The position numbers were made by a program, and so were the translations under genes. From Gammaproteobacteria bacterium (GTDB taxonomy: Bacteria; Pseudomonadota; Gammaproteobacteria; CBDBNL01; JAAOII01): a stretch of DNA of 64,000 nt. Location of the stretch: assembly GCA_965209035.1 (NCBI GenBank), contig OZ242372.1:116497-180496 (forward strand). Reading direction: 5' to 3'. Shown piece by piece: positions 37,840 to 46,664 of this stretch (within the stretch, counting starts at the first letter, position 1; every line of letters begins with the position of its first letter). Below the pieces are notes generated by a model, which was not told the origin of the DNA, ran no database searches, and saw only the letters and a program-made list of their open reading frames with translations.

Positions 37840-38742
37840 ATGCGGCACTTCTTGGATCTGCCGGATCTGCCGGCAACCGTTCATCACCAACTCTTAAAAG
37901 AAGGAATAGAACTCAAGCAACAATTAAAAGAAACCGGTAGCAGCCCGCAGATTTTAAGAGACAAGGTTCTGACTCTTTTGTTTCAAAAGCCGTCAACAAG
38001 AACGCGCGTTTCTTTTGAAACCGGTATTCGACAAATGGGCGGGCATGCTCTGTTTATCAGCGCAGCCGACAGCCAGTTGTCACGCGACGAACAGCCATCT
38101 CACACAGCGCGCGTTCTCTCTTCAATGACCCAAGGACTCATTCTGCGCACAAAAGAGCATGCTATGCTAACGGACATGGCACGCAATGCCAAGGTTCCGG
38201 TGATCAATGCCTTGTCTTCCCGGTCTCATCCGTGCCAACTGCTTGCCGATATGATGACCTTTTATGAAAGACGCGGAGCCCTATCCGGTAAGAAAGTAGT
38301 CTGGTGCGGCGACGGCAACAATGTATGCCATTCGTATATTGAAGCGGCCAATATTTTTAATTTTCAATTACATCTGTGCGTTCCGCAACAATACATGCCC
38401 GCCGGTGACTATTCAAAAGATTACGGCCCGAATGTGACTGTCTGTGAAGATCCTCAAATTGCTTTACGGGATGCGGATCTCATCTCTACCGATGTTTGGA
38501 TCTCCATGGGAGATGCGAATGCGGAGGATAAAAAGAAAGTTCTCTCGCCTTACAAAATCACTTCCAAATCCTTGGATTTGGCAAAAGACGAGGTTCTGTT
38601 TATGCACTGCTTGCCCGCACGCGAAGGCGAAGAGATTGAACCGGGTCTTTTGGATGATCCGCGCTCGGCGGTATGGGAGCAAGCCGAAAACAGACTGCAC
38701 AGCCAAAAAGCCCTTCTCTCTCATCTGTTTGGTGTGAAATAA
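37840..38742 (+). CDS. argF: Ornithine carbamoyltransferase
   Basis: FQKPSTRTRVSFE, HPCQ, DVWISMG and HCLPA motifs; 300 aa. Confidence 0.88.
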   Translation: MRHFLDLPDLPATVHHQLLKEGIELKQQLKETGSSPQILRDKVLTLLFQKPSTRTRVSFETGIRQMGGHALFISAADSQLSRDEQPSHTARVLSSMTQGLILRTKEHAMLTDMARNAKVPVINALSSRSHPCQLLADMMTFYERRGALSGKKVVWCGDGNNVCHSYIEAANIFNFQLHLCVPQQYMPAGDYSKDYGPNVTVCEDPQIALRDADLISTDVWISMGDANAEDKKKVLSPYKITSKSLDLAKDEVLFMHCLPAREGEEIEPGLLDDPRSAVWEQAENRLHSQKALLSHLFGVK

Positions 38743-38828
38743 CCGGCGGCTTGTCCGCACTTGTCTTCGGACAATCACAATCCCACCATCTAACTAATAC
38801 CCCAACACCCCGGCGGGTTAAACTCCGT

Positions 38829-39635
38829 TCAGTCTTTTTTGGTGTTTCTTTTCGTCGGATTGGGTGACAGTTCGCCAACTCTCTTTTTAAATTTCTGATT
38901 AAATTTCTTAGTAAAATTTTTGGAGTTCCCGGAACTCGTAATGCCAGCCACGAGAATACCCGCCTCATACAACGCATACAAAGGAAGTGCCAACATCAGT
39001 TGCGAGAAGATGTCCGGCGGGGTCAATAGCATCCCGAAGACAAAGCACAGGACAACAACATACCTGCGATAACCGCGCAAAGTCTGCAACGATACCAGAC
39101 CAACCCGCACCGCCAAGAAAACGACAATCGGCAACTCAAATGCCAAACCAAACACCAAAATCATACGCAGGACAAAAGTCAGATAACGATTGATGTCCGT
39201 CATGATCAGAATACCTTCCGGACCCATTCTTTGGAAGAATGCCAATGCCAAAGGCAATACGCCGTAATAAACAAATAGTCCGCCCAAAAAGAATAAGAAG
39301 ACCGTCACCACAAAGAGCGGCAACACAAAAAAACGCTCGGCACGGTAAAGGCCGGGCATAACAAACATCCAAACCTGATACAAAAAGACGGGAGCGGAAA
39401 GACAGACCGACACCCAGAGTGCCAGCCGCAAGGGAGCAATAAACGGCGAAGCAACATCCACAGCCACCAGATGCCCGTCGGCAGGCAAACTCTGCAATAG
39501 TGGCACCGCCAACAAAGCATAGAGTTCTCGTGCATATATAACAGCAACAACAAATATTAAGACCCATACCAGAAGTGCGCGCAAGCATCTGGAGCGCAAC
39601 TCGGTAAGATGTTTTATGAGCGGAACGGTTGACAA
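38829..39635 (-). CDS. tatC: Sec-independent translocase TatC
   Basis: HLTELRSR..., six TM segments, LLTPPDIFSQ. Confidence 0.9.
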   Translation of the reverse strand: MSTVPLIKHLTELRSRCLRALLVWVLIFVVAVIYARELYALLAVPLLQSLPADGHLVAVDVASPFIAPLRLALWVSVCLSAPVFLYQVWMFVMPGLYRAERFFVLPLFVVTVFLFFLGGLFVYYGVLPLALAFFQRMGPEGILIMTDINRYLTFVLRMILVFGLAFELPIVVFLAVRVGLVSLQTLRGYRRYVVVLCFVFGMLLTPPDIFSQLMLALPLYALYEAGILVAGITSSGNSKNFTKKFNQKFKKRVGELSPNPTKRNTKKD

Positions 39636-39679
39636 GAGAGAACGGGTTTTTCGTAAGTGTTAGGCAATATTAGGCGGGG

Positions 39680-39946
39680 TTAGGCACCCGGCGTCTTCTT
39701 TTTGTTTGTCGCCACATTCTTTTTGCCGGTTTGCTTTGATTTTGGCTTTGTTTGGCCCGAATTGAGCATCTCATCCAGACGCACCTGGCGATCTATCTCA
39801 TCGGTTACCCGCGTGTAAAGAATACGGATTTTGCGTAAAATGAGACCGGTTTGGCGAATCAAAACAAATAATTGGCGCGGCCCCAACACCAACAAAGCAA
39901 CCGCCAGGATTACCAGGATCTCAAAAAATCCTGTCGTCCCCAACAC
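39680..39946 (-). CDS. tatB: Sec-independent translocase TatB
   Basis: MLGTTGFFEILVILAVALLVLGPRQL...; lies directly after tatA. Confidence 0.8.
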   Translation of the reverse strand: MLGTTGFFEILVILAVALLVLGPRQLFVLIRQTGLILRKIRILYTRVTDEIDRQVRLDEMLNSGQTKPKSKQTGKKNVATNKKKTPGA

Positions 39947-40207
39947 CTATTTTTTTGCGGAGGTTTTCTTAACCTTGGATTTAAAGGAGCCCGCGGAATG
40001 CGGAGATTTGTTCCGCTTGTTCTTTTTCCGTTGATGTCCCTCGCGCGGCTCCTCATGTTCATCCTCGCCCTCTCCTTCCATAGAATGACGAAACCCTTTA
40101 ATGGCCTTGCCCAGATCTCTGCCGAGTGCCGGTAATCTCCCGGCACCAAACAGAATGCCGATGACCAACAAAATGAGTACGATTTGCCAGATACTGATAC
40201 CGCCCAT
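39947..40207 (-). CDS. tatA: Sec-independent translocase TatA
   Basis: MGGISIWQIVLILLVIGILFGAGRLPALGRDLGKAIKGFR. Confidence 0.88.
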   Translation of the reverse strand: MGGISIWQIVLILLVIGILFGAGRLPALGRDLGKAIKGFRHSMEGEGEDEHEEPREGHQRKKNKRNKSPHSAGSFKSKVKKTSAKK

Positions 40208-40245
40208 AAATTAATTATAACCGATTTAAGGTATGTATATGTATT

Positions 40246-40833
40246 CTAATGAACATCGCGGCGGGCATGATTTTTATCTCTTTTCGTCCGTTGCCCGGAC
40301 GAGGTACGGCTTTCCAACTCACTTTCAATATCCGCATATTCCACACCGTGTGAGCCGCATATTGCCAAAATAAAAAGAAACAATGTGCCGTAGTTATCGG
40401 AAACTTTTTTATATTGCTTCAAACTTCCGTCATACTTGACGGACTGCGAAATCGCGTCTCCCAGGTTATGACCCAGAGCCCGATAAAAGAAACCCGAATC
40501 GTCCTTGTCCGTTTTTTTCAAGCGTTCAACACTTTGATTAACACTTTTACTGTCAAACATTAAAATGTGCTCAAGAGACAGGTTCATAAACACCGTCAAA
40601 ACTAACAGATGAAACAGCGCATCGGCCGCCTCGCAGATGACCTGCTCCTTGTTGCCCGAAGCAGCTGCAACCATAAACTCCGTGATTTCTTCTCCCAACT
40701 TATCCAGGATTTTGTTGAGACCCGCATCAAATAACCTTGCCGTATAAGAGTTTTTCGGCAGGGTCTGTTTGCGATTCTTAAGCAACCCTTCCAAATCGGT
40801 CAGTAACGCAAAGTTGTATTCTTTATCTTTCAT
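40246..40833 (-). CDS. hisE: Phosphoribosyl-ATP pyrophosphatase (HisE) with an extra C-terminal ~100 aa
   Basis: LEGLLKNRKQTLPKNSYTARLFDAGLNKILDKLGEEITEFMVAA...EAADALFHLLVL. The second half (..NLGDAISQSV..GTLFLFILAICGSHGVEYADIESEL) may be a degenerate second all-alpha NTP-PPase repeat; that reading is weak. Confidence 0.75.
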   Translation of the reverse strand: MKDKEYNFALLTDLEGLLKNRKQTLPKNSYTARLFDAGLNKILDKLGEEITEFMVAAASGNKEQVICEAADALFHLLVLTVFMNLSLEHILMFDSKSVNQSVERLKKTDKDDSGFFYRALGHNLGDAISQSVKYDGSLKQYKKVSDNYGTLFLFILAICGSHGVEYADIESELESRTSSGQRTKRDKNHARRDVH

Positions 40834-40844
40834 ATCCTTTCATA

Positions 40845-41219
40845 TCACACCCCCTGCCCGGCACATTTGCGAAAAAAGCATGTCGGTCTGCCGGTATGGC
40901 AAGCACCGCTTCCCCGCTGCTCCACCGACAACAACAAGGCATCGCCGTCGCAGTCCAGCCGCAATTCGCACAGTCTTTGAACAGCACCCGATGTCTCGCC
41001 CTTATACCAAAGAGTGCGGCGCGAACGCGACCAAAAAACCGTCCGCCTCTCTTCCAAACTTTTTTCAAGAGAATTGCGATTCATCCAGGCAAGCATCAGA
41101 ACCCGTTGTGTTTTATGGCACTGAACAATTGCCGGCACCAAACCCGCCGAGTCCCACACAACAGCATCAAGGAATTTTGTTTGAGACAAAGTCTCCGTTT
41201 CTTCATTACGATTTTCCAT
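40845..41219 (-). CDS. hisI: Phosphoribosyl-AMP cyclohydrolase
   Basis: LVPAIVQ...[11 protein letters not shown]...FWSRSR..LW.KGETSG..Q...[26 protein letters not shown]. Confidence 0.9.
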   Translation of the reverse strand: MENRNEETETLSQTKFLDAVVWDSAGLVPAIVQCHKTQRVLMLAWMNRNSLEKSLEERRTVFWSRSRRTLWYKGETSGAVQRLCELRLDCDGDALLLSVEQRGSGACHTGRPTCFFRKCAGQGV

Positions 41220-41262
41220 TTCAAAGTTATTATACAGTTTTTTTGCGGTTGCATAATCTCAT

Positions 41263-41386
41263 TGTATGGTCCCACCCATTTCCAGACTTTTGTTGTTTTT
41301 GCAAAAATTGGATCGGCGAGAGTTGTTTGAGAGCATAATAGAGGCGTTCGCGATGATACCAAGCCAACCACTCGATGAGTTTGGCG
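41263..41386 (-). mobile_element. Solo copy of the IS481-like terminal module
   Basis: TGTATGGTCCCACCCATTTCCAGACTTTTGTTGTTTTTGCAAAAATTGGATCGGCGAGAGTTGTTTGAGAGCATAAT...GATACCAAGCCAACCACTCGATGAGTTTGGCG aligns with 24923-25058 and with the reverse complement of 26320-26451. It ends 32 bp before the stop of the first array gene. Confidence 0.75.
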
Positions 41387-41418
41387 AAGACCGCTCAATG
41401 AGTCTAGCCCCTTAATTG

Positions 41419-42216
41419 TTACTTACGTTTGGGTTTGGGTTCGTATTTGTCTATATCATTAATATCCCAATGATTCTCCTTGAAAAACTGATTACGCAGA
41501 TACAGACCGGCCAACAGATGCACCGACTGCACAGTGCCCACCGCTTTGATTATTCCCTTCGTCTCTTCGGTTGCCGATATATTCCTTTCAACAAAAGCGT
41601 AGATCACTTCCGCAACTTGATAAAGATCGCCTTGCTCTTCTTGTTCCGAGTTAAGTTTTTTTAGATCCTTATTCCATTCTTCCCGATGCTCGTCCACATA
41701 TTCCATCAGCCCGCTACTTTCCAGTATCGCTTCACCGATGTCGGTCATATTGAGAGGAGATGCTTTTTGAGAATATAAAGCGCGTTCTTCTTCAACCGAA
41801 TCTCTCTTTGCCATGTTTCCCAAAACAGTAAGAATTTTTACGGTATCACGATGCATATCTTCTCTTAACTCTCTTTTATCTTCTCTTAACTCTCTTTTAA
41901 CTTCTTTTATTTCTGTTTTAACTTCCTTTATTTCTGTTTTGACTTCTTTGATTTCTGTTTGGACTTCTTGTTGACTCACTTCCAACCGCTTGATACCCTT
42001 ATATATTGAAATGAACGCATATTCGCCAATGAAACCAATCACAAGTGATAACAAAAATATCAAAAGTATCACAAACCAATTGTTTGCCGAAACTTGCCCG
42101 TATGTAATCGCCGTGTCGTAAACAGTCATCGTGGATAAAACGGAAAATACAATAAGCCCCAAGGCCGCCGTGAATTTCGCACGACCGCTTAATTTAAGAT
42201 CTGTGCGTTTATTCAT
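41419..42216 (-). CDS. 2-TM / heptad-repeat / C-terminal-domain protein, array copy 1
   Basis: The track ORF is 267 aa from the TTG at 42222. The ATG at 42216 has GGAGGAG 9 nt upstream. Heptads (EIKEVKT)x3 plus (RELREDK)x2. The tail is ..KPKRK. Confidence 0.75.
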   Translation of the reverse strand: MNKRTDLKLSGRAKFTAALGLIVFSVLSTMTVYDTAITYGQVSANNWFVILLIFLLSLVIGFIGEYAFISIYKGIKRLEVSQQEVQTEIKEVKTEIKEVKTEIKEVKRELREDKRELREDMHRDTVKILTVLGNMAKRDSVEEERALYSQKASPLNMTDIGEAILESSGLMEYVDEHREEWNKDLKKLNSEQEEQGDLYQVAEVIYAFVERNISATEETKGIIKAVGTVQSVHLLAGLYLRNQFFKENHWDINDIDKYEPKPKRK

Positions 42217-42414
42217 CGGCAATCACTCCTCCTCAAATTCATAAAATAGTGTCCTCTATCCTCCCGCATTTGTTATGATGTTCCCCTTTTTAATGAACTG
42301 CCTTGCCATAACAATATTTACCGCAAAATCTTTTAGAAATTTTATCATTATATAATTCCAAACTCAGCGTCCGGAACCTTTCTGAGATTATGCATCTTAT
42401 TTTCTTTTCTTTCT

Positions 42415-43263
42415 TTAATGTTGATTGCGTTTGGATTTGCGTTCAGGTTTGGGTTCGTATTTGTCTATATCATTAATATCCCAATGATTCTCCTTGAAAA
42501 ACTGATTACGCAGGTACAGACCGGCCAACAGATGCACCGACGGCACAGTGCCCACCGCTTTGATTATTCCCTTCGTCTCTTCGGTTGCCGATATATTCCT
42601 TTCAACAAAAGCGTAGATCACTTCCGCAACTTGATAAAGATCGCCTTGCTCTTCTTGTTCCGGGTTGAGTTTTTTTAGATCCTTATTCCATTCTTCCCGA
42701 TGCTCGTCCACATATTCCATCAGCCCGCTACTTTCCAGTATCGCTTCACCGATGTCGGTCATATTGAGAGGAGATGCTTTTTGAGAATATAAAGCGCGTT
42801 CTTCTTCAACCGAATCTCTCTTTGCCATGTTTCCCAAAACAGTAAGAATTTTTACGGTATCACGATGCATATCTTCTCTTAAATCTGTTTTAACTTCTTT
42901 TATCTCCCCTCTTAACTCTGTTTTAACTTCTTTTATTTCTGTTCTAACTTGTTTCATTTCTGTTTGGACTTCTTTTATTTTTGTTTGGACTTCTTTTATT
43001 TCTGCTTGGACTTCTTGTTGGCTCACTTCCAACCGCTTGATACCCTTATATATTGAAATGAACGCATATTCGCCAATTAAACCAATCACAAGTGATAACA
43101 AAAATATCAAAAGTATCACAAACCAATTGTTTGCCGAAACTTGCCCGTATGTAATCGCCGTGTCGTAAACAGTCATCGTGGATAAAACGGAAAATACAAT
43201 AAGCCCCAAGGCCGCCGTGAATTTCGCACGACCGCTTAATTTGAGATCTGTGCGTTTATTCAT
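42415..43263 (-). CDS. 2-TM / heptad-repeat / C-terminal-domain protein, array copy 2
   Basis: The track ORF is 284 aa, with the same RBS/ATG layout. Heptad block EIKEVQTKIKEVQTEMKQVRTEIKEVKTELRGEIKEVKTDLRED. Confidence 0.75.
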   Translation of the reverse strand: MNKRTDLKLSGRAKFTAALGLIVFSVLSTMTVYDTAITYGQVSANNWFVILLIFLLSLVIGLIGEYAFISIYKGIKRLEVSQQEVQAEIKEVQTKIKEVQTEMKQVRTEIKEVKTELRGEIKEVKTDLREDMHRDTVKILTVLGNMAKRDSVEEERALYSQKASPLNMTDIGEAILESSGLMEYVDEHREEWNKDLKKLNPEQEEQGDLYQVAEVIYAFVERNISATEETKGIIKAVGTVPSVHLLAGLYLRNQFFKENHWDINDIDKYEPKPERKSKRNQH

Positions 43264-43462
43264 CGGCAATCACTCCTCCTCAAATTCATAAAATAGTGTC
43301 CTCTATCCTCCCGCATTTGTTATGATGTTCCCCTTTTTAATAAACTGCCTTGCCATAACAATATTTGACCACAAAATCTTTTAGAAATTTTATCATTATA
43401 TCATTCCAAACTCAGCGTCCGGAACCTTTCTGAGATTATGCATCTTATTTTCTTTTCTTTCT

Positions 43463-44332
43463 TTAATGTTGATTGCGTTTGGATTTGCGTTCAGGTTTGG
43501 GTTCGTATTTGTCTATATCATTAATATCCCAATGATTCTCCTTGAAAAACTGATTACGCAGGTACAGACCGGCCAACAGATGCACCGACTGCACAGTGCC
43601 CACCGCTTTGATTATTTTCTGCGTCTCTTCGGTTGCCGATATATTCTTTTCAACAAAAGCGTAGATCGCTTCCGCTATTTGATAAAGATCGCCTTGCTCT
43701 TCTTGTTCCGGGTTGAGTTTGCTTAGTTCCCTATTCCATTCTTCCCGATGTTCGTCCACATATTCCATCAGCCCGCTACTTTCCAGTATCGCTTCACCGA
43801 TGTCGGTCATATTGAGAGGAGATGCTTTTTGAGAATATAAAGCGCGTTCTTCTTCAACCGAATCTCTCTTTGCCATGTTTCCCAAAACAGTAAGAATTTT
43901 TACGGTATCACGATGCATATCTTCTCTTAAATCTGTTTTAACTTCTTTTATCTCCCCTCTTAACTCTGTTTTAACTTCTTTTATTTCTGTTCTAACTTCT
44001 TTTATTTCTGTTCTAACTTGTTTCATTTCTGTTTGGACTTCTTTTATTTTTGTTTGGACTTCTTTGATTTCTGTTTGGACTTCTTGTTGGCTCACTTCCA
44101 ACCGCTTGATACCCTTATATATTGAAATGAACGCATATTCGCCAATGAAACCAATCACAAGTGATAACAAAAATATCAAAAGTATCACAAACCAATTGTT
44201 TGCCGAAACTTGCCCGTATGTAATCGCCGTGTCGTAAACAGTCATCGTGGATAAAACGGAAAATACAATAAGTCCCAAGGCCGCCGTGAATTTTGCACGA
44301 CCGCTTAATTTGAGATCTGTGCGTTTATTCAT
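43463..44332 (-). CDS. 2-TM / heptad-repeat / C-terminal-domain protein, array copy 3
   Basis: The track ORF is 291 aa, one heptad more than copy 2. It carries distinct substitutions in the C-terminal domain (NRELSKLN, YQIAEAIYAFVEK, TQKIIK). Confidence 0.75.
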   Translation of the reverse strand: MNKRTDLKLSGRAKFTAALGLIVFSVLSTMTVYDTAITYGQVSANNWFVILLIFLLSLVIGFIGEYAFISIYKGIKRLEVSQQEVQTEIKEVQTKIKEVQTEMKQVRTEIKEVRTEIKEVKTELRGEIKEVKTDLREDMHRDTVKILTVLGNMAKRDSVEEERALYSQKASPLNMTDIGEAILESSGLMEYVDEHREEWNRELSKLNPEQEEQGDLYQIAEAIYAFVEKNISATEETQKIIKAVGTVQSVHLLAGLYLRNQFFKENHWDINDIDKYEPKPERKSKRNQH

Positions 44333-44530
44333 CGGCAATCACTCCTCCTCAAATTCATAAAATAGTGTCCTCTATCCTCCCGCATTTGTTATGATGTTCC
44401 CCTTTTTAATAAACTGCATTGCCATAACAATATTTACCGCAAAATCTTTTAGAAATTTTATCATTATATAATTCCAAACTCAGCGTCCGGAACCTTTCTG
44501 AGATTATGCATCTTATTTTCTTTTCTTTCT

Positions 44531-45421
44531 TTAATGTTGATTGCGTTTGGATTTGCGTTCAGGTTTGGGTTCGTATTTGTCTATATCATTAATATCCCAA
44601 TGATTCTCCTTGAAAAACTGATTACGCAGGTACAGACCGGCCAACAGATGCACCGACTGCACAGTGCCCACCGCTTTGATTATTCCCTTCGTCTCTTCGG
44701 TTGCCGATATATTCCTTTCAACAAAAGCGTAGATCACTTCCGCAACTTGATAAAGATCGCCTTGCTCTTCTTGTTCCGAGTTAAGTTTTTTTAGATCCTT
44801 ATTCCATTCTTCCCGATGCTCGTCCACATATTCCATCAGCCCGCTACTTTCCAGTATCGCTTCACCGATGTCGGTCATGTTGAGAGGAGATGCTTTTTGA
44901 GAATATAAAGCGCGTTCTTCTTCAACCGAATCTCTCTTTGCCATGTTTCCCAAAACAGTAAGAATTTTTACGGTATCACGATGCATATCTTCTCTTAAAT
45001 CTGTTTTAACTTCTTTTATCTCCCCTCTTAACTCTGTTTTAACTTCTTTTATTTCTGTTCTAACTTCTTTTATTTCTGTTCTAACTTGTTTCATTTCTGT
45101 TTGGACTTCTTTTATTTTTGTTTGGACTTCTTTGATTTCTGTTTGGACTTCTTTGATTTCTGTTTGGACTTCTTGTTGGCTCACTTCCAACCGCTTGATA
45201 CCCTTATATATTGAAATGAACGCATATTCGCCAATGAAACCAATCACAAGTGATAACAAAAATATCAAAAGTATCACAAACCAATTGTTTGCCGAAACTT
45301 GCCCGTATGTAATCGCCGTGTCGTAAACAGTCATCGTGGATAAAACGGAAAATACAATAAGTCCCAAGGCCGCCGTGAATTTTGCACGACCGCTTAATTT
45401 GAGATCTGTGCGTTTATTCAT
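44531..45421 (-). CDS. 2-TM / heptad-repeat / C-terminal-domain protein, array copy 4
   Basis: The track ORF is 298 aa, one heptad more than copy 3. Its 5' flank differs from the other three spacers. Confidence 0.75.
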   Translation of the reverse strand: MNKRTDLKLSGRAKFTAALGLIVFSVLSTMTVYDTAITYGQVSANNWFVILLIFLLSLVIGFIGEYAFISIYKGIKRLEVSQQEVQTEIKEVQTEIKEVQTKIKEVQTEMKQVRTEIKEVRTEIKEVKTELRGEIKEVKTDLREDMHRDTVKILTVLGNMAKRDSVEEERALYSQKASPLNMTDIGEAILESSGLMEYVDEHREEWNKDLKKLNSEQEEQGDLYQVAEVIYAFVERNISATEETKGIIKAVGTVQSVHLLAGLYLRNQFFKENHWDINDIDKYEPKPERKSKRNQH

Positions 45422-45886
45422 CGGCAATCACTCCTTCTCAAATTAATGTTTCTCTTTTTAATAAACTGCATTGCCATAATGATATCTTACCACAAAATCT
45501 TTTAGAAATTTTATCATTATATAATTTCAAACTCAGCGTCCGGAACCTTTCTGAGATCATGCACATCATGTATCGTCTCGCCCGGTTTTGGACTGTTGTA
45601 TGTGTTCTTTCCGTCAATGATCCGGTCGCACATGGTCGCACATGGCCGCACATGGCCGCACATGGCCGCCGTGCGTAACCCGGTCGTTTGCGATTAACAC
45701 GGATGAGCCGGCTGCCGCGTCTGCGATGGGGATCTTGAAGTCGGACGGATATTTCGGTTTTAGAAAAATTGGAAAAAAACAGCGGATAATGACATCAAAG
45801 CGGTCCCCGTTGCCTAAAATAAATGCAAATATGATTAATTTTTATTCGCACAACACTCAATTCAAAATTTAATTCAAACAAACGAT

Positions 45887-46225
45887 ATGACCAGAAGATG
45901 TGAAGTCACCGGTATGTTGCCTATGGCGGGGAACAATGTGTCTCATGCCAACAACAAGACCAAGCGGCGTTTCTTGCCTAACCTGCACAAACGCAGATTT
46001 TGGCACCCGGGACGCAATCAATTTATACGCTTACGGGTTTCCGCGCGGGGTATCCGCATGATCGACAAGTATGGCTTGGAGGAAGTATTATCCGCGCTTG
46101 AGTCCGGCCGCAAGTTCAAGAAACCGAAAAACCCGGTGCCCGAAACGGGCGCAAACCAGGCGTCCGAATCCGGCACAAACCCGCCGACAGCCGAATCCTC
46201 ATCGGAGGAATCAGTAAAAGAATAA
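45887..46225 (+). CDS. rpmB: 50S ribosomal protein L28 with an acidic, Ser-rich C-terminal extension
   Basis: [39 protein letters not shown]...; 112 aa. Confidence 0.9.
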   Translation: MTRRCEVTGMLPMAGNNVSHANNKTKRRFLPNLHKRRFWHPGRNQFIRLRVSARGIRMIDKYGLEEVLSALESGRKFKKPKNPVPETGANQASESGTNPPTAESSSEESVKE

Positions 46226-46249
46226 TTAAAAAGCAATAAAAAAAGAATT

Positions 46250-46414
46250 ATGCGCGACAAAATCAAACTTGTATCCACAGCCAAGACCGGACATTTTTAT
46301 GTGACAGCCGTCAACAAAAAAAATGCCACGGGGAACAGAGAAAAACTGAGCCTCAAAAAATACGACCCTGTGGTGCGAAAACATGTAGTTTACAAAGAAG
46401 AGAAAATTAAATAG
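46250..46414 (+). CDS. rpmG: 50S ribosomal protein L33
   Basis: Not in the track because it is under 60 aa. My translation is [54 protein letters not shown] (54 aa). It starts 24 nt after rpmB. Confidence 0.85.
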   Translation: MRDKIKLVSTAKTGHFYVTAVNKKNATGNREKLSLKKYDPVVRKHVVYKEEKIK

Positions 46415-46444
46415 TCGGACATTCTTTGTCAACACAGATGATAA

Positions 46445-46484
46445 AAATAACGGCACACTTTTTTGTTGTCCGTTATTTTTTTTT
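46445..46484 (+). terminator. Rho-independent terminator after rpmB-rpmG
   Basis: The arms AAATAACGG and CCGTTATTT flank a 16-nt loop and are followed by a T9 run. Confidence 0.55.
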
Positions 46485-46508
46485 ACTTCGTTTCCAAACT
46501 CTTTTTTT

Positions 46509-46553
46509 CGCGGTTTTTTCCGCGTTTTTCCCCGCGGTTTTCCCCGCGTTTTT
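46509..46553 (+). promoter_or_regulatory. Possible leader/attenuator-like element upstream of carA
   Basis: CGCGG-T6-CCGCG-T5-CCCCGCGG-T4-CCCCGCG-T5. There are four mutually complementary GC pentamers separated by U-tracts, about 110 nt upstream of the carA ATG. Confidence 0.25.
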
Positions 46554-46664
46554 GAATGTATCCAAGGTACCCCTAACCCGCCCGCCCTTTCCTTTATCCG
46601 CAACAAACCCGGGGCATAAAAGGTGTTGCGTTCGCCGGCACAGTCCTAGAAATAAAGGAAATAA

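Larger units (their letters stand above)
41400..45570 (-). repeat. Head-to-tail gene array (4 units of about 1.05-1.09 kb) with internal 21-bp repeats
   Basis: ATG-to-ATG spacing is 1047, 1069 and 1089 bp. The spacers are 192-193 bp and conserved. Confidence 0.9.
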
